Positions 12,122-25,203 of a DNA stretch of 64,000 nt are shown here, one piece after another. The DNA is from Utricularia gibba (Eukaryota > Plantae > Magnoliophyta): NCBI GenBank assembly GCA_002189035.1, contig NEEC01000002.1:4402001-4466000 (forward strand). Reading direction: 5' to 3'. The translations under genes were made by a program, and so were the position numbers. Under the pieces are notes generated by a model, which worked only from the letters and a program-made list of their open reading frames with translations, had not been told where the DNA came from and searched no databases. Position 1 is the first letter of the stretch, and each line of letters opens with the position of its first letter.

Positions 12122-13443
12122 ATGGGTAGGCGATCCAGCGAATTGAACATCCCTTCCCTCCGCGTTTGATACTCGATCCATGATGAATACCAACTCTCTG
12201 ATGCTCGGGACACCGAAATCCCTTGGGGGATTGGTGAGAACCCCCTACCCCCATTCAGTCTCCCTATTCCACTTGCCTATTTTGAAAGCGATTTACGCTT
12301 CCCCCTTCATCCTCTGATAGTTCGCTTCCTCTACACTTTTGCGATTCCGCTTTATTGTCTCGCCCCGAATTCCATATTCTGCTTTACCACCTTCCTCTTC
12401 TATTCGGCCGGTATGGATCCGGCCATGACTCTGATAGATTTTCTTCATCTCTTCAAAATAGCTGTTCGTAAAGCGAAATCCCCAATGGATGGCCGATCTC
12501 ATTTTCAATTCCGCCGATTCGAAGATAACCCCAATGGATCTGCCCCCGTAGAAGTAAGGGATAACCCGGCGCTCCCCCACCTTCGATTCCAGCCGAACTA
12601 AGGAAAATCATGGAGGGAGCTATGTCGAATACCTTGGATGTTCAGCCGGATACTGTACTTGAGGGATCTGGCAGGTACGCGTTCTGTTTTCCCTTCTAAA
12701 CTCTGTATAGTCGGTCCTTGACTTGGCAATGTTCCTTCAGGCTTTAACTTTCGGGTGGGGAGTGGTTAGAGAGATTGGTTCGCAATCGGAGACACTTTCT
12801 CGGCTTCAAGCCCAAGTTGTGGCTCAGAACGCCCAGATAAAGTTGCTGGAGGAGGAGGGGAGTTCGCTGAAGACCGTTCTAGGGAAGCGCACCCACCCGC
12901 CAGGAGGAAGAATTGCGGAATGTGGTCGAAGAAATGGGAAAGGCGGTCAATGATGCTAAATCGGAGAGAAAAGCCTTCAAAGTCCGATTTGAGGAGGCAG
13001 AGGCAGAGTTAGAGCATGCTAGGGGCCGCATTTCGGCACTAGAGGCCGAGTTGCTTGATCAACAAGCGTCTCGGCAGGGTCTCTTGGAAAACTTCGTTAA
13101 CTCGGGTTGTTTTTCCGAACTCTGATATCTATGCAGGGGATCTAATCGACCTACTTCTATATTGCTAGAGGCGACGATACAGCCGGGAATTCAGGCTTTC
13201 AATCATGGATCCGCGCTTCGACAGGATAAATCCCCTGACGAAGGATGAGAACATGCTAGACGTTATCGCGGATACGTTCCAGGCCCGGAATTCAGGTTTG
13301 AAGCTGATCGGGAGCGGCTGATTGCGCTGATTCGGGCGAGGATAGGGCGAGAGAATGACGCCAAGCTTAGAGCGAGGATGGAAAGACATACCGGTTCCTC
13401 TGCCGATCCACCTGCCAATCCCCCATCTCCTCCTGTACTTTAG
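12122..13443 (+). pseudogene. Antisense extra ORF of Retand element B (Transposase_28/PF04195-like domain plus coiled coil), with a 66-nt intron at 12675-12740
   Basis: AYFESDLRFPLHPLIVRFLYTFAIPLYCLAPNS resembles the recalled PF04195 motif. E/K-rich coiled-coil region at 12741-13125. Stops and frameshifts present. CAG|GTACGC...TTCAG|GCT splice sites at the same position as in element C. Confidence 0.75.
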
Positions 13444-14372
13444 TGACTTTTCTTAACTTGGTGTTTTTCCCCCTGCTGTGGGGCTTTGTCGAACATTTTC
13501 ATTATCCCGGTTCAAGATCCTTTTCCAGTTTACTCAGTTTTTGTGCATCACTGTTGCCCTCATTGATTTCCTCGTTTAATATGTTGCGTGATTCGCTGAT
13601 CTCCTAGTGGGACTTCTCTGCGTGCATGCGTGCTAAGGCTATGACTCGGAACCCCCTCGCGAACTGAATCGTTTCTTCCATTTAGGTGGATCTTCCACAT
13701 CTTTCAGCAAGATTTATTCCGATTGTATTTGCTGCTTCAAGGCCTAGCGGTGAGTACCCCGCTTTGGGGCTTAGTCATGGATCTAGGGGGAGGGTGTCTT
13801 CTTGCCAACCCTTTGGTTGGGCTTTTGGGTTTTGGTTTGCCTTAGTATTTCCTCATACGAGCTGAACCGTAGCTAGGGAAGTAGGTCGGAACCCCTCATG
13901 GGTTGAGCGACTTCTCCAATCTGAAAGGACCCTCTTCTAGCCGAACCCCATTGTTTTGAACATGGGTGGATTTGCTTTGGGTGCTCTTGCCGTCTCGAAA
14001 TTTCGACAATAAGGTCAATACTTAAGGGCTTTTCGGGGCTTACGCGTGCGGTTTATGGAAACCGGTGCCCGAATTGTACCAGGGCTTATTCTTGTCCCTA
14101 GCGCCTGGGTTTGGGAGATCCCATACCCCCGAGTTGACTTGCTGGATCCCGTAGGGGATGCCGAATTAGGTGATTACCCTGGGCTTACGTTACTTGGCCA
14201 GAGCTTATGGTTTAGATCTTTGAGGGTCTGTCTAGGCTTACACGACTCGGCCAGGGCTTATGGTTTCGTTTACCCATCTCCACTTTGGAGGAATTTATAG
14301 GCGCTTGAGTGTTTTGAGGAAGAGAATACCGAATTCTGCGCAAACCTGTGATGGAGATTGATATTGAGCCAG

Positions 14373-17300
14373 TTAGGTGTAGAATTTTTTTAGGTGTGAT
14401 GCATTCCACGACCTTGGGAATTCCACGCCATCTAACTGTTCTAGACGATATGCTCTTTTTCCGATCACCCTTGAAATCCGATAAGGGTCTTCCCGATTGC
14501 GGTCTAATTTCCCAATATGTCTCTGTGGTTGGATGTTTCGGAGCACCAAATCTCCTTCGGAGAATTCCCTTGGGCATACTGACTTGTTGTAACTCTTCTC
14601 CGTTCTTCTCTGATAAGCCCCTAGTCGGTTATAGACGTTTTGTCATTTTTCTTCCAACAGCTCCAACTCCAGTTTTCGCAGGTCAACATTTTCCTCTTCA
14701 TTGTAGTGCTCCACTCGGTAGCTTTTCAGGGTTAGTTCAATCGGGCATACGGCTTCTGAACCGTAAACCAATAAGAAAGGAGACTCTTCCGTGGTGGTTC
14801 GAGGGGTGGTGCGATACGACCACAGCACCTCCTCCAAGCAATCTGCTCATGACCCTCCGAAATCCTCAAGCTTAGTCTTCAAACCTAGTCTGAGCGTTCG
14901 GTTTGTTACCTTCGTGAGACCATTGCTCTGCGGGTGATACACCGAAGTGAAGTTGTGCTTGACCGAATATTTGTCCAGGAATGCATCCATTCTTCCTCCA
15001 GCGAATTGGGTTCCGTTATCGGTCACTAGTTCTTGAGGAATCCCGAACCGGATGAAGATATTTCTCCACAGAAATCGAATAACGGTCTCCTCTGATATTT
15101 TTGCCACGGCTTCAGCCTCTACCCATTTGGAGAAATACTCAACTCCCACGATGACAAATTTCCTTTGACCTGAGGTTTGGGGGAACGGCCCCATAATATC
15201 CACTCCCCACCGATCGAACGGGCATGAGAATGGAAGAGAGGTCAGGCCGTTTACCGGTTTTCTTGGTATACTCGCATGGTATTGGCATACTTTGCACTTC
15301 TTCACCATTTCGGTAATATCCCGCTTCATAGTTGGCCAATAATATCCGGTTCTCAAAGCTTTCCTACACAAGGATCGCATCCCGACATGGCAGCTGCATT
15401 CCCCTTCATGCATATCGGTCATAAGTTCTTGAGAGTGCTTTGTCCCAACACACCTCCCAGTTCCTTGGCAATTTTCATTCCTTCAATCAGGGCTTCATAT
15501 TCGGCCACGTTGTTGGAGGCAGGGAATAAGAATTTCATCGTAACATAAATATGTTCTCCTTCCCGGGTTCGGATGCCTATTCCTCCTCTGGCGCCGTTGT
15601 ATGTTGAGCCATCAACGTACATAGCCCATCAGTTATTGGTTTCTATGAAACGATCAATAGTCCTGGTCATTTCAACCACGAAGTCGGCAAGGAAGTAGCC
15701 GAGTTACTGGCGTCATCCAATGAGGGTAGTATTCGCCATGCACACATGGAATTGTACACATTCGACCAGCGGGCCGTGCAAACTACTGAGAAAATAACAC
15801 TGCCCATAACATTCAGAGCGACAGGGCAGAGCCGAACCGAAAGGTTGGAATTCTTGATCCTGGATTCGGAGACCTCATACAACATCATTCTCGGGCGACC
15901 CGATATCAACCAATTCGGTATGTTACCCTCTACTGTGCATTTAAAAATTAAATTTCCGACATCGAGGGGCATCTGCACGGTGGACATTGACCAACCAACC
16001 GCCCGATCCTGTTATGTATCTTCTTGCCGGGACCTCTGTGCGAAAGAACCGAGGGTGATGAATGTAGAGAGGGAACCTCGGGAACCTCCCTGACAAGCAA
16101 TGGAACCAGTGGGGTATAAGTCGGTGCAACTAGTGCCAGGAAATGCGCAGAAGGCAACCCGCGTTGGTGTTAATCTAGACACTGTATTCGAGGAGAGGTT
16201 AGTTGAACTTTTGATGAAGAACGTCGATATTTTTGCCTGGACTGCTGCAGACTTTGTAGGCATTGATCAGTCCGTTGCTGAGCATCACATTAATACTTAC
16301 TTGGGGGCAAAACCAGTTCGGCAGAAGCAACGGCATTTCTCCGAGGAAAAATGCCAAATTATCAAGAAAAAAACGAGGGAGCTCCTGGAAGCTGGTTACG
16401 TGAGGGAGATCCATTACTCCGAGTGGGTAGCCAACCCAGTTGTCGTCCCGAAGCCCGGAGGAAAGTGGAGAATGTGCGTAGATTTCACCGACCTCAACGC
16501 CTGCTGTGAAAGAGATCCTTACCCCTTGGCAAAGATTGATAAGCTAGTGGACGCTATCGCCGGATCCCGATTTCTGAGTACCATGGACGCCTATTCGGGG
16601 TATCATCAAATCTTCGTTGCCGTGAAGGACCAACCGAAAACCACCTTCTACGCCAAGGATGGGGTTTATGGCTACGTGGCGATGCCCTTCGATTTGAAGA
16701 ACGCTGGGGCGACTTATCAGAGGTTGGTGAATAAAATATTTTCTTCTGAAATCGGTACCTCGATGAAGGTATATGTAGACGATATAATCATGAAATCTAT
16801 GAATGAGGACGACCATTTAGCGTATTTGGACTCTTGCTTCTCTCTATGTCGGTCGTACGGGTTAAAGCTTAACCCGCTGAAGTGTTGCTTCGGAGTGCAA
16901 AGTGGAAAATTCCTTGGGTATTATGTGTCAAAAAGAGGAATCGAAGCTAACCCCGAGAAGATTAAGGCAATATGCGAAATGCAACCCCCAAGGACGGTCA
17001 AGGAGTACTAGAGTCTCACGGGAAAATTTGTTGCCCTCAGCCGCTTTATATCTCGGTCAGCCGATAAGTCAGCATCTTTCTTGAAGGCCCTGTGGAAGGG
17101 AAACGCTTTAGAGTGGGATGAGGACTGCCGGACTGCCTTTGAAAAACTCAAGAAATATCTCTCATCGCCCCTGCTTCTTGTGGCTCTGAAAGCAGGGGAG
17201 CCCCTAGGACTATATCTGTCGATATCGCCCGTTGCAGTCAGCGTAGTCTTAGCGACCATCTCAGCAGATAAGCATTTACCAGTATATTATGTGAGCAAGG

Positions 17301-19320
17301 TTCTGTTACCAGCCGAAACCCGGTATACGGTGACAGAAAAATTCATCTTAGCTCTAAAAATGGCGGCCACCAAATTGAGATCATATTTTCAAGATCGACA
17401 CATCGTGGTGTTCACAAATCAGCCTTTGAAGAATATCTTGTCTCGACCAGAGATTTCCGGAAGGGTTGCCAAATGGGTGGTCAAATTGAGTACGATGGAT
17501 TTGAGTTTAAGTCGAGAACGGCAATCAAAGCTCAACCTTCATGATGTTGCACGAGGATCCTTGATCAATAAGGATCCTCCTTACTTTGGTGCTCCCGCAT
17601 ATTCTTGATATCACCAAAGGCTCGTTTCTTGTGGCTGGGTTGACCGGAATGTCTCTGTCGGAGAACTGACCTCTTCCTTTTCCCAAGCGGCTTTCTCATT
17701 CGGACCACTCCCAATCTCGAAAACTTCTCCTCTGTCTTCGTCCAAATATCTCTTTCGTGCTTTTCCTGATGCATCCATCTCGGTTCCTCCGAATATCATA
17801 TGGATTTCCCGAATATAGGGGGGACTACCTTGCATTTGATGGGTGTTCCTTGAACTTTCCGGTACGTCTTGTCTTCCTCTGGGACTCGGTTCTCTGTTGG
17901 TTCTCAGATTTTCCCTCACTGGTTTTGGGGGGAACTTCGGATATCGGTTACCCTCACTCCTCAAATGCTCATTATGCCCCCTTTTTCTTTCCGTCACTTG
18001 CGTAGGTGTCGTGTTGCTTGTTCCCCCGTTGGCATGATATTGTTCAATCAACCTTTTCATTATCCAACAATCGGCCGTATTGTGCCCTGTTGTTGTGTAT
18101 CTCACAATAGGCATTCGCTTCGATTGGTTCCACCTGATAGACTTCACGGCGCTTATTCGGCCGGTGGGCCCGAATAGGCTGCATTTCTTGCTGTGGGGCC
18201 GGACGGATCTCGACACGGCTCTTCATTTCAGCCCTGAGGTCATCATCCACCCGGATGTACTTCATGATTTTCTTTAGCAATTCCCCGAGGTTTTTCGGGG
18301 AGGATTTAAATAGACTCTGCCCTAACTTCGATGTTCCCAGGGCCCGCTTCATTATCTCCACCCTCTCCTTTAAATCCAGTTGGACGTCTTGCGCTTGGCA
18401 GTTAAATCGGTCGACGAATCTTCTCAAACTCTCTTTTCGGTGGTCCTACCGAATTGAGTACAGTGCTGCCTTTGAAGGTGGAGCTTCGATGTTGACAGCG
18501 TGTCGGGTAGTGAAGAGCAGCACTAACTCCCGATAGGATGCCACACTACATGGTTCTAACTGTTTAAACCAAGTCTTTGCTCCCTTTTGGAGCGAGCAAG
18601 CGAACAGCTTACACTTCATGGCTTCTGAATGTCGAACCGTGGACATCCTCATGTCGAAGTCAGTTACGTGCGATATGGGGTCCCCTTTTCCATCATACGT
18701 GGTAATCCGTCCGGGACTCTGAATCCTCTCTCGGGCTCTTCCTCGACTAAATCGTCCGAGAAAGGGTCAAAGTGCAGCGCTGTATTCCCAGCTGCTCCCT
18801 CAACTCCATTCTTCAAGGTCAGAGCAATATTGGCAAGAACATCCCCTCTCCCGGTGGATACGTTCTGATCGAAAACATCCCTGAAGCCCCTATCCTCTCT
18901 TCTCCCTGACTACATCTGTTTGTCGATAAGTCTTCTCCTCTCGCGGATCTGGTTTAACTCTCTCTTCATCTCTTCTTCCCTTTTTTCCAAGATTTCGCCA
19001 GTCATGTTTTCCCTATCAGTTCCTGGCTCATATATGACTTGGTTGCGCCTTTTCCTTCGTAGTATCTCCTCTTCAGTTTCGAACTCAGTCTCTGTGTCTG
19101 AGGGGTATTCCGGAACCGGGGGTCGCTTCTTCGCTCGTGGTGCGGTTTCGGGTGTCCCCTCCTGGGCATTGGAATTGAGGCCCGAAGGTGTCCTGAAATC
19201 GGTGAGGATTTTCGTTAGAAGGGCCTTTAGCTGTTGCCTGCTGGTGATCATAAGGCAAGGGTCTTGTGCGCTAGCGCTTCCGTCATGGATCGGGTTGGTG
19301 GCTGTGCTATTTTCCGCCAT
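14373..19320 (-). pseudogene. gag-pol of element B. PR C-half, RT and RH lie on the + strand inside inversion 15689-17539.
   Basis: Gag from ATG 19320, protease ILIDQGSSCNIM, RT YVDD, RH, additional RNase H MYVDGS, integrase H-x-C/WGVDIMGPF/TDNGTQF and a GPY-like tail ending at TAA 14373. Many stops and frameshifts. Confidence 0.92.
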
Positions 19321-19374
19321 GATCAACACTTAGTGGCTGACTCTCGTGGATTTCTCGAGTGGGGTTGTAGATCT

Positions 19375-19392
19375 GCCCCACGGTGGGCGCCA
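19375..19392 (-). other. Primer-binding site of element B, complementary to the 3' 18 nt of tRNA-Lys(CUU)
   Basis: TGGCGCCCACCGTGGGGC, 3 nt inside the 5' LTR; matches the recalled plant tRNA-Lys 3' end GCCCCACGGTGGGCGCCA. Confidence 0.88.
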
Positions 19393-19395
19393 AAA

Positions 19396-19915
19396 TGTTG
19401 GGGGTAAAATCGAAATCCGATGGAAGGCCGATTTTAGGGTGATAAGTGCAATCGGGAATGTCACACTTAGTTACGTTTTTCACGGTTGATTCCATTCAAA
19501 TGAAAGTAAGCGAAGATTTTTACGTGGAAACCGCCGGAAGACGGAAAAACCACGAAGCTATCGGAGCTCGCCAGAAAAGATTTCCACTAGACGGAGGTGG
19601 CGAAGAAGAGGATACAAGTTGAATAATCCTTCAAGTTCAAAAAAAATAATCATCATCCTTTCTCCGTAATGGTTTCTCCTATTTATGGAAGAGCCCAATC
19701 TGGCCGAATCCTGATGTCTGCCAATATCGGTTGCTTTATGCACCTGCTATACGATCTCGCTTTTCAGATTTCGGCCGCCTACTATGCCGTGATTCGGCCA
19801 CTTTTCAGACTGTGCCTCTGATTTGCATCATTCGGTCGACTGACGCGATCCTATCAGAACATCTCTTGGCAGCTTTTCAGAGGTCGGCTGATTATACCTG
19901 ATTTGTACCCCCTCA
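19396..19915 (-). repeat. 5' LTR of element B
   Basis: Direct repeat of 11108-11628, adjacent to the PBS. Confidence 0.95.
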
Positions 19916-20192
19916 AAGTATGAATACATTTATATTTCATGAATTTGCTCCAATATTTATGAATTTGTATTTGTACATCATAGATTGAAATCAATTTTCT
20001 TCTGTAATTTGGAGTGCCATGACATAGCTCCACTTCGTAAAAAAGAGATCATGCCCAAGATGAATTTTTGAATGCCATACCTACTGCCATATTTGCATCA
20101 GTGTAGATTTGAGATTTTAAGGCTTCTTCTTCATAGTATAGACGAGACTTGGTTCCCTAAAGATATTTGAGTATCCATTTTACAACATTTTT

Positions 20193-22741
20193 GACAACAC
20201 ATATTTCATTGGTATTTTTAATTTACGACATTAGTGTATTTTCTTGTAAAATTAGATGTTTTCAGTATAAATTCCAACATTTTTGTAATTTCACTAGTAT
20301 TATTATTTTTATACTCTAAAGTGGACTAATTATTGATTTACTCAAATTGAAATTTTAAATGACCATTGTTCTTGAGTTTTAGCAACATGTTTTCCAAATA
20401 TCAATAAATAAATTCTCACAAGCTTTGTATACGCAACTCAATGGAGGGATTAAATAAAAAATAGAAAAAAAAAATGGACAAGAGCTTTCATGTGCACATT
20501 TCAACATGATAGCTGTACAATCATGATATGTGAGGAGTGAAGCTTCTAAGAAAAGAAAGAAATGATTGCAATGTACAAGTTTGAAGAAAAGAAGGAGAAA
20601 GAGATATATATATTTTTTATCCATCCGAAGCAAAAGAAAAAGGACAAATGAGAGGAGGGACTTTGAAAGACAAAATTTAAGATCACAAAAAATGAAGAAC
20701 ATGAAAAGAAATCGAAAAAGGCGATGGAGGCATATCAGCTCAATTGATGAACTCGATTTCATTGTAAAACTATTATTCTCAACTAGAACTAATATTGGAA
20801 GACCAAAATCGACTATTTGATGTTTTTTAGGATTTACTTGCTTTTGGACTATGTTCACTTTCTACTTTTAGAATTGTGATAATGGAAATACTCTCATTGT
20901 TATCCAATGCAATCTTTGTATTCATATCTAGCATGAAAAGTCGAATTAGAGTGATGCCTCAAGGAGGGGAAGGATGTTCATTTTCTTATGAGAAATAGAT
21001 TAAGCATATAAACTCATAACAATTTAAGGTAGATCCAAGAGGAGAAGAGGAAAATACAATTATCTTAGGAAATCTAACCTAAAGGTAGATCAATGGGTTT
21101 GAGATCTAATTACATAAATGATTTTATTAGGTATAAATCAATAGAATTGAATAGATCCAATATTTTTTAATTATTAAATAGTAAAAAAAAAAGTGTAAGA
21201 TATTCTAGTGATAATTGATTTTGTATCACTTATGTTTGTAATTTTTATATCTATGCTAGGTTAATTTTGCATTCATTTTATTCAACTTTTTTATATTTTT
21301 AGATGAATTTTATAATTTTCATATCATTTTGATCTTTTTGGGAAAAAAAATATGTTTTATGATTTTTTAAGATGATTTTGATCGAATTTTGAGAAAATTT
21401 GAATTGACATTTACATGGATAAAGATTTGATCTATCCAGATGAAGAGTTGATCAAAAATTATTGAATAAAAAAATATTTACATTTTATCTTAGAAGATTC
21501 ATATAAAAAATTTGATACGAGATTATCAGAGAGAGGTCTTGCAAATCTCTATCATTATATAAATATCTGAGCATCAAAATGTCGCAAGGAGATCGAGAAT
21601 AAAGTCTTTCAATCAATCTAGTAGTCTAGAATCAATTCTTGCACCTTTTGATTCATTTCATGTCATTTTTCATCAATTTTTGTGTGTTAGAGTCGAGGAT
21701 GCTCGTATAAGCACTTGCGATTAAGAATTTATGATGAAACCTTGCTTGCACAAGTTATGTGCATGTGATTAATTTACTATATTCTTTAACGTTTAATTTG
21801 AGTTTTGATTCTATTTTTCATAATGTTTTCTTTACCAATATACTATATAATACCATATAACAATAAAGGAGTATAAAAAAAATTTAGATTTCCTTCAAAT
21901 ACCTAAGGAGAAAGACTTAAATGAATATCATTAATAAGACACAATCGGTCTAATCTATTTATGCAATGAGATATATAGATGCTAGACTTGAGTGTAGGGA
22001 AAATATGAATTATTACAAGAAGTGAAATGGATCTGGTAGTATGATTGATTTAATAATCTCACTAAATAAAAGACAATGTTATAATAGATATCGAATAGTG
22101 CTACTTTAGAATAACATCTCTAGAACTTGTACAAGTTGTTCATTTCTTAAGGCCTACACACACAAGTATGGACAAATTTTTAGCAAGATGTATCCTAAAT
22201 CTTGCAATCGATTTTTTGTTTTTTTTTTTGTCATTTTTGAGTTATCACGAAAATTTCAATAATAATTCCTTGTGAATAGGATATTATTTTATTAATTTGA
22301 TTATTTTTGTGTATTTGTAAAAATACTATCATCTAGGAAATCTAAAAAAATGGAAATTGAAAAAATAATAGAGATTGATTCAAGTAGATTTAAGCCATCT
22401 TGAGCTAGTTTGTGCAGTATAATTTTAGAAATGCAAATTGAGTGAGCATACCATCTATAAAACTTTGAGGCCTTACACATATTTTTTTAATTAGAATTAG
22501 AATCATGTTATTTTTTTTTTACCTTTAGTTGTAGTTTATATCCTATTAGTTGAAACTTAAAAACTATTCTGAAACTAAAATGCATTAACGTTCACAATAT
22601 AATCATTAGACTCCTTGAGTTTGATACTGAAGTATTATACATTTTCTTTAGATTTTCAGATTCATATGCATTAGGGTATTATAAATTTATTTAATATAAT
22701 AATTCTATTATTTTGCAATGACTGAGATTTTTCGTTTAGGA
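20193..22741 (+). mobile_element. Two degenerate Athila-type LTR remnants (~20193-21180 and ~21209-22741)
   Basis: Starts tgacaacacat and tgataattg. Internal motifs shared with 61786-63159. The second ends with an ataaatttattt...tttttcgttta family-like terminus. No TSD found. Confidence 0.45.
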
Positions 22742-25203
22742 TTTAAACTGAATGTGCTCACAATTTCTTACAGTAGTAATGAGATAACCATCAGATACAT
22801 CAGTGAAGCGTATGGAATCTTTTTCATTTCATTTCACTCATCTTCAAAAGGGATAAACAGATTGGGGTATTTGGAGAATAAAAACTGCTTTAGAAATTAA
22901 TATTTAATTCTAGTATTTTCCTTTGCAATGATACTGTAAAAACAAGGTGTAAGGGGAGCTTATGAACCCCAGACGTTGTTCCTTGTTTCATCATAGGTCG
23001 AGGAAGAAGGTAGCAGATGTTCAACTGGTATTGGTGACTTGGTTGAGTTTGAGTTTCCCCCACCAGCATGTGACTAGATCACAAGCTAGCATACATAGCA
23101 CGCAGGTGGTGTTGGTTTTCCGAGAATGGAGCATGTGGGGAAGCTGAGGCTGAGGCTGCTGCTTAGCGATTCATCTTCCAACCTTTGTAACAGGAACACA
23201 GAGTTGTATTTGGGGATAACTGTGACCAAGGTGAGTGATAGTTCAACATCGTGATCGAGAGCTGTAGCGTGCCATGTTCCATCATATTCTTTGTTAGAAA
23301 ATGTTAGTATGATATTTCACGTGCCACACCTAGGGAAATGAGAAAAATTGGGTCACGATGAAGCTCCAGGAAACTGTTAAATCCATGATGATTAGGTTGA
23401 AGGCTGTCTGTCGCCCCCTATTGCTCCCAGGCTCGGGCTCAGGTTCTTCACTCCGAGGAGCAAGTTCTGATTACCCGAATCACCTACATGTATTTCATGT
23501 CCTCAGGGGCGTCGCCTATCTTGCACTGAAACCCTACCAGATAGGCGGCGCCACTGAGGACATGACATGACATACATGTATGCCATGCCCGCCGTCCACC
23601 GCCGCCACTTTTCATCATGCTATCTTCCCACTGGTTTTTTCTTCAGGAGCTCAAATGAATGCATTAGCATCCAGAAATGAATCAAGTGTGGAGTGTGGTG
23701 TTTCCTCGGCCTCCGCCTCCACCTCTGCAGTCTGCACCATGGAGATATCCATCCATCCACGCTGCTTGGGTTCCGTTCAGAGCAGGCGCAGTTCATATTA
23801 CAAACCCAGTTAATAAAAATAGTTGGGAAACAGATTAAACCCGACAAGGTGATTGAAGTTCCATTTGCTCTTTGCGGGGACGGCGACAGAAATTCCTCTT
23901 AAAGCTGGGACATGGTCGGCACAAGTTGGCCCACTGACCCCTCGCTCTCAGTTCCCCATCCGCTCCTGTATTTTTTCGAACCCATACCATTGGGTTGTGC
24001 AATGGCATGTCGGGGTCCGCGAATCCGTGACACCAAATTCCTTCCATAATGAACCAACCCAGAGGACCGGATGATTAAGCAACTGCATGAAGTGTTTGAA
24101 GCAATTGGGTAGGATAAAATAGGGAGGGGGATAGAGAGGAGAGACACAGCACATGAAACACCGGCAGAGTATCCGGCCTCCACCCTCTTTTCAGAAAAAT
24201 ACGGGTGTGGACGGACCGGATCGAACCGGACCACTTTGACCTAAAGGTAATGGGCCAGTTATCTTTCAATGAGTGGGGCACCACCCCCCCTCCAAGTCCA
24301 ACCCCAACCCCAACCAGCAGCAGCAGCAACAGCAGCAGGAGCTCATGGAGCTGGGATGATCATTTTGTTCCTTAGAACGTGGGAAGTTTTAGACTTGAAG
24401 TCAAATCCGTGTTTGAACACACACAGTGAGCAGTGTGTTATGATGACTCACAAACCCACCAGCAGACACAATCACTGCCTCCTCCACCCAACACTTAGAG
24501 AATCACCACAAAATCATCTCGCTCGCACTTTGTGGAACACATTGGGACAAATGTCAATGCAAACCCCTCCCTCCTGTAGGGGGAGGAGGAACAATTTTAG
24601 CATCATCCTCTCCGGTTTTCCGTTTTTGTGTGTGTTGGGGGCTTTGGATTCAGGCGTGGAGTTGGGAAAAGGATAGAACAGTAAAAGCAGCTTAGTTTCT
24701 GCAATTCAGTGGTCAAACATGCCTACTTTCTTCCCCCTGGTGTTTTTACTTCTTCGAGGTTGCATAAAGAGAAGCTGGTGAATTTGAACAACGCATAAAG
24801 CAGCTCAGAAAGGGGATCTCTTTGTATGGATATGTTTGGCCTCGGCGCATGCATCATTACCAGTCGTACATGTTGCCATATGGTCAATCCAATTCTCCCA
24901 TGTAACAAAAAACAAGATGGATAGAGATGTCTCACATTTATGCGTCACACTCCTTTTGTCTATTTAAGCTAGGAACTAAAGGGAATCTTCCTTGTAGCAC
25001 TTCCGCCTTGTGATGAATAAGTGAAACAAACTCCTCCATTGCAGGGCAGGTAGGTGAAGAGCCAAAACTGGTAAAGCATGCTCCTTGTACTATTTCTCTA
25101 TTTATATCTACACACATAAAAGCATACAGACTTCCCTTCCACCTTGAGGATAAAAAGAAGGTCTGCGTGTTTGCATACCAGGAGCAGCCACCAGGGGAGA
25201 GAG

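Larger units (their letters stand above)
11108..19915 (-). mobile_element. Full-length Ty3/gypsy Tat-clade (Retand-like) LTR retrotransposon 'B', 8808 bp, decayed, with an internal inversion
   Basis: LTRs 11108-11628 and 19396-19915 (about 35 substitutions plus 1 indel in ~520 bp, ~7% by manual count). Perfect TSD AAGTA (11103-11107, 19916-19920). tRNA-Lys PBS, PPT, and gag-PR-RT-RH-aRH-INT order once the inversion is undone. Confidence 0.95.

Noticed and set aside
24088-24098. 11-nt match to miR395 (TGAAGTGTTTG), and a weak hairpin at ~23070-23150
   Set aside because: Partial match only; pairing is too short and interrupted for a miRNA precursor.
24281-24312. Potential G-quadruplex on the minus strand upstream of LOG
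   Set aside because: Needs a long loop and a split G-run; no supporting evidence from sequence alone.
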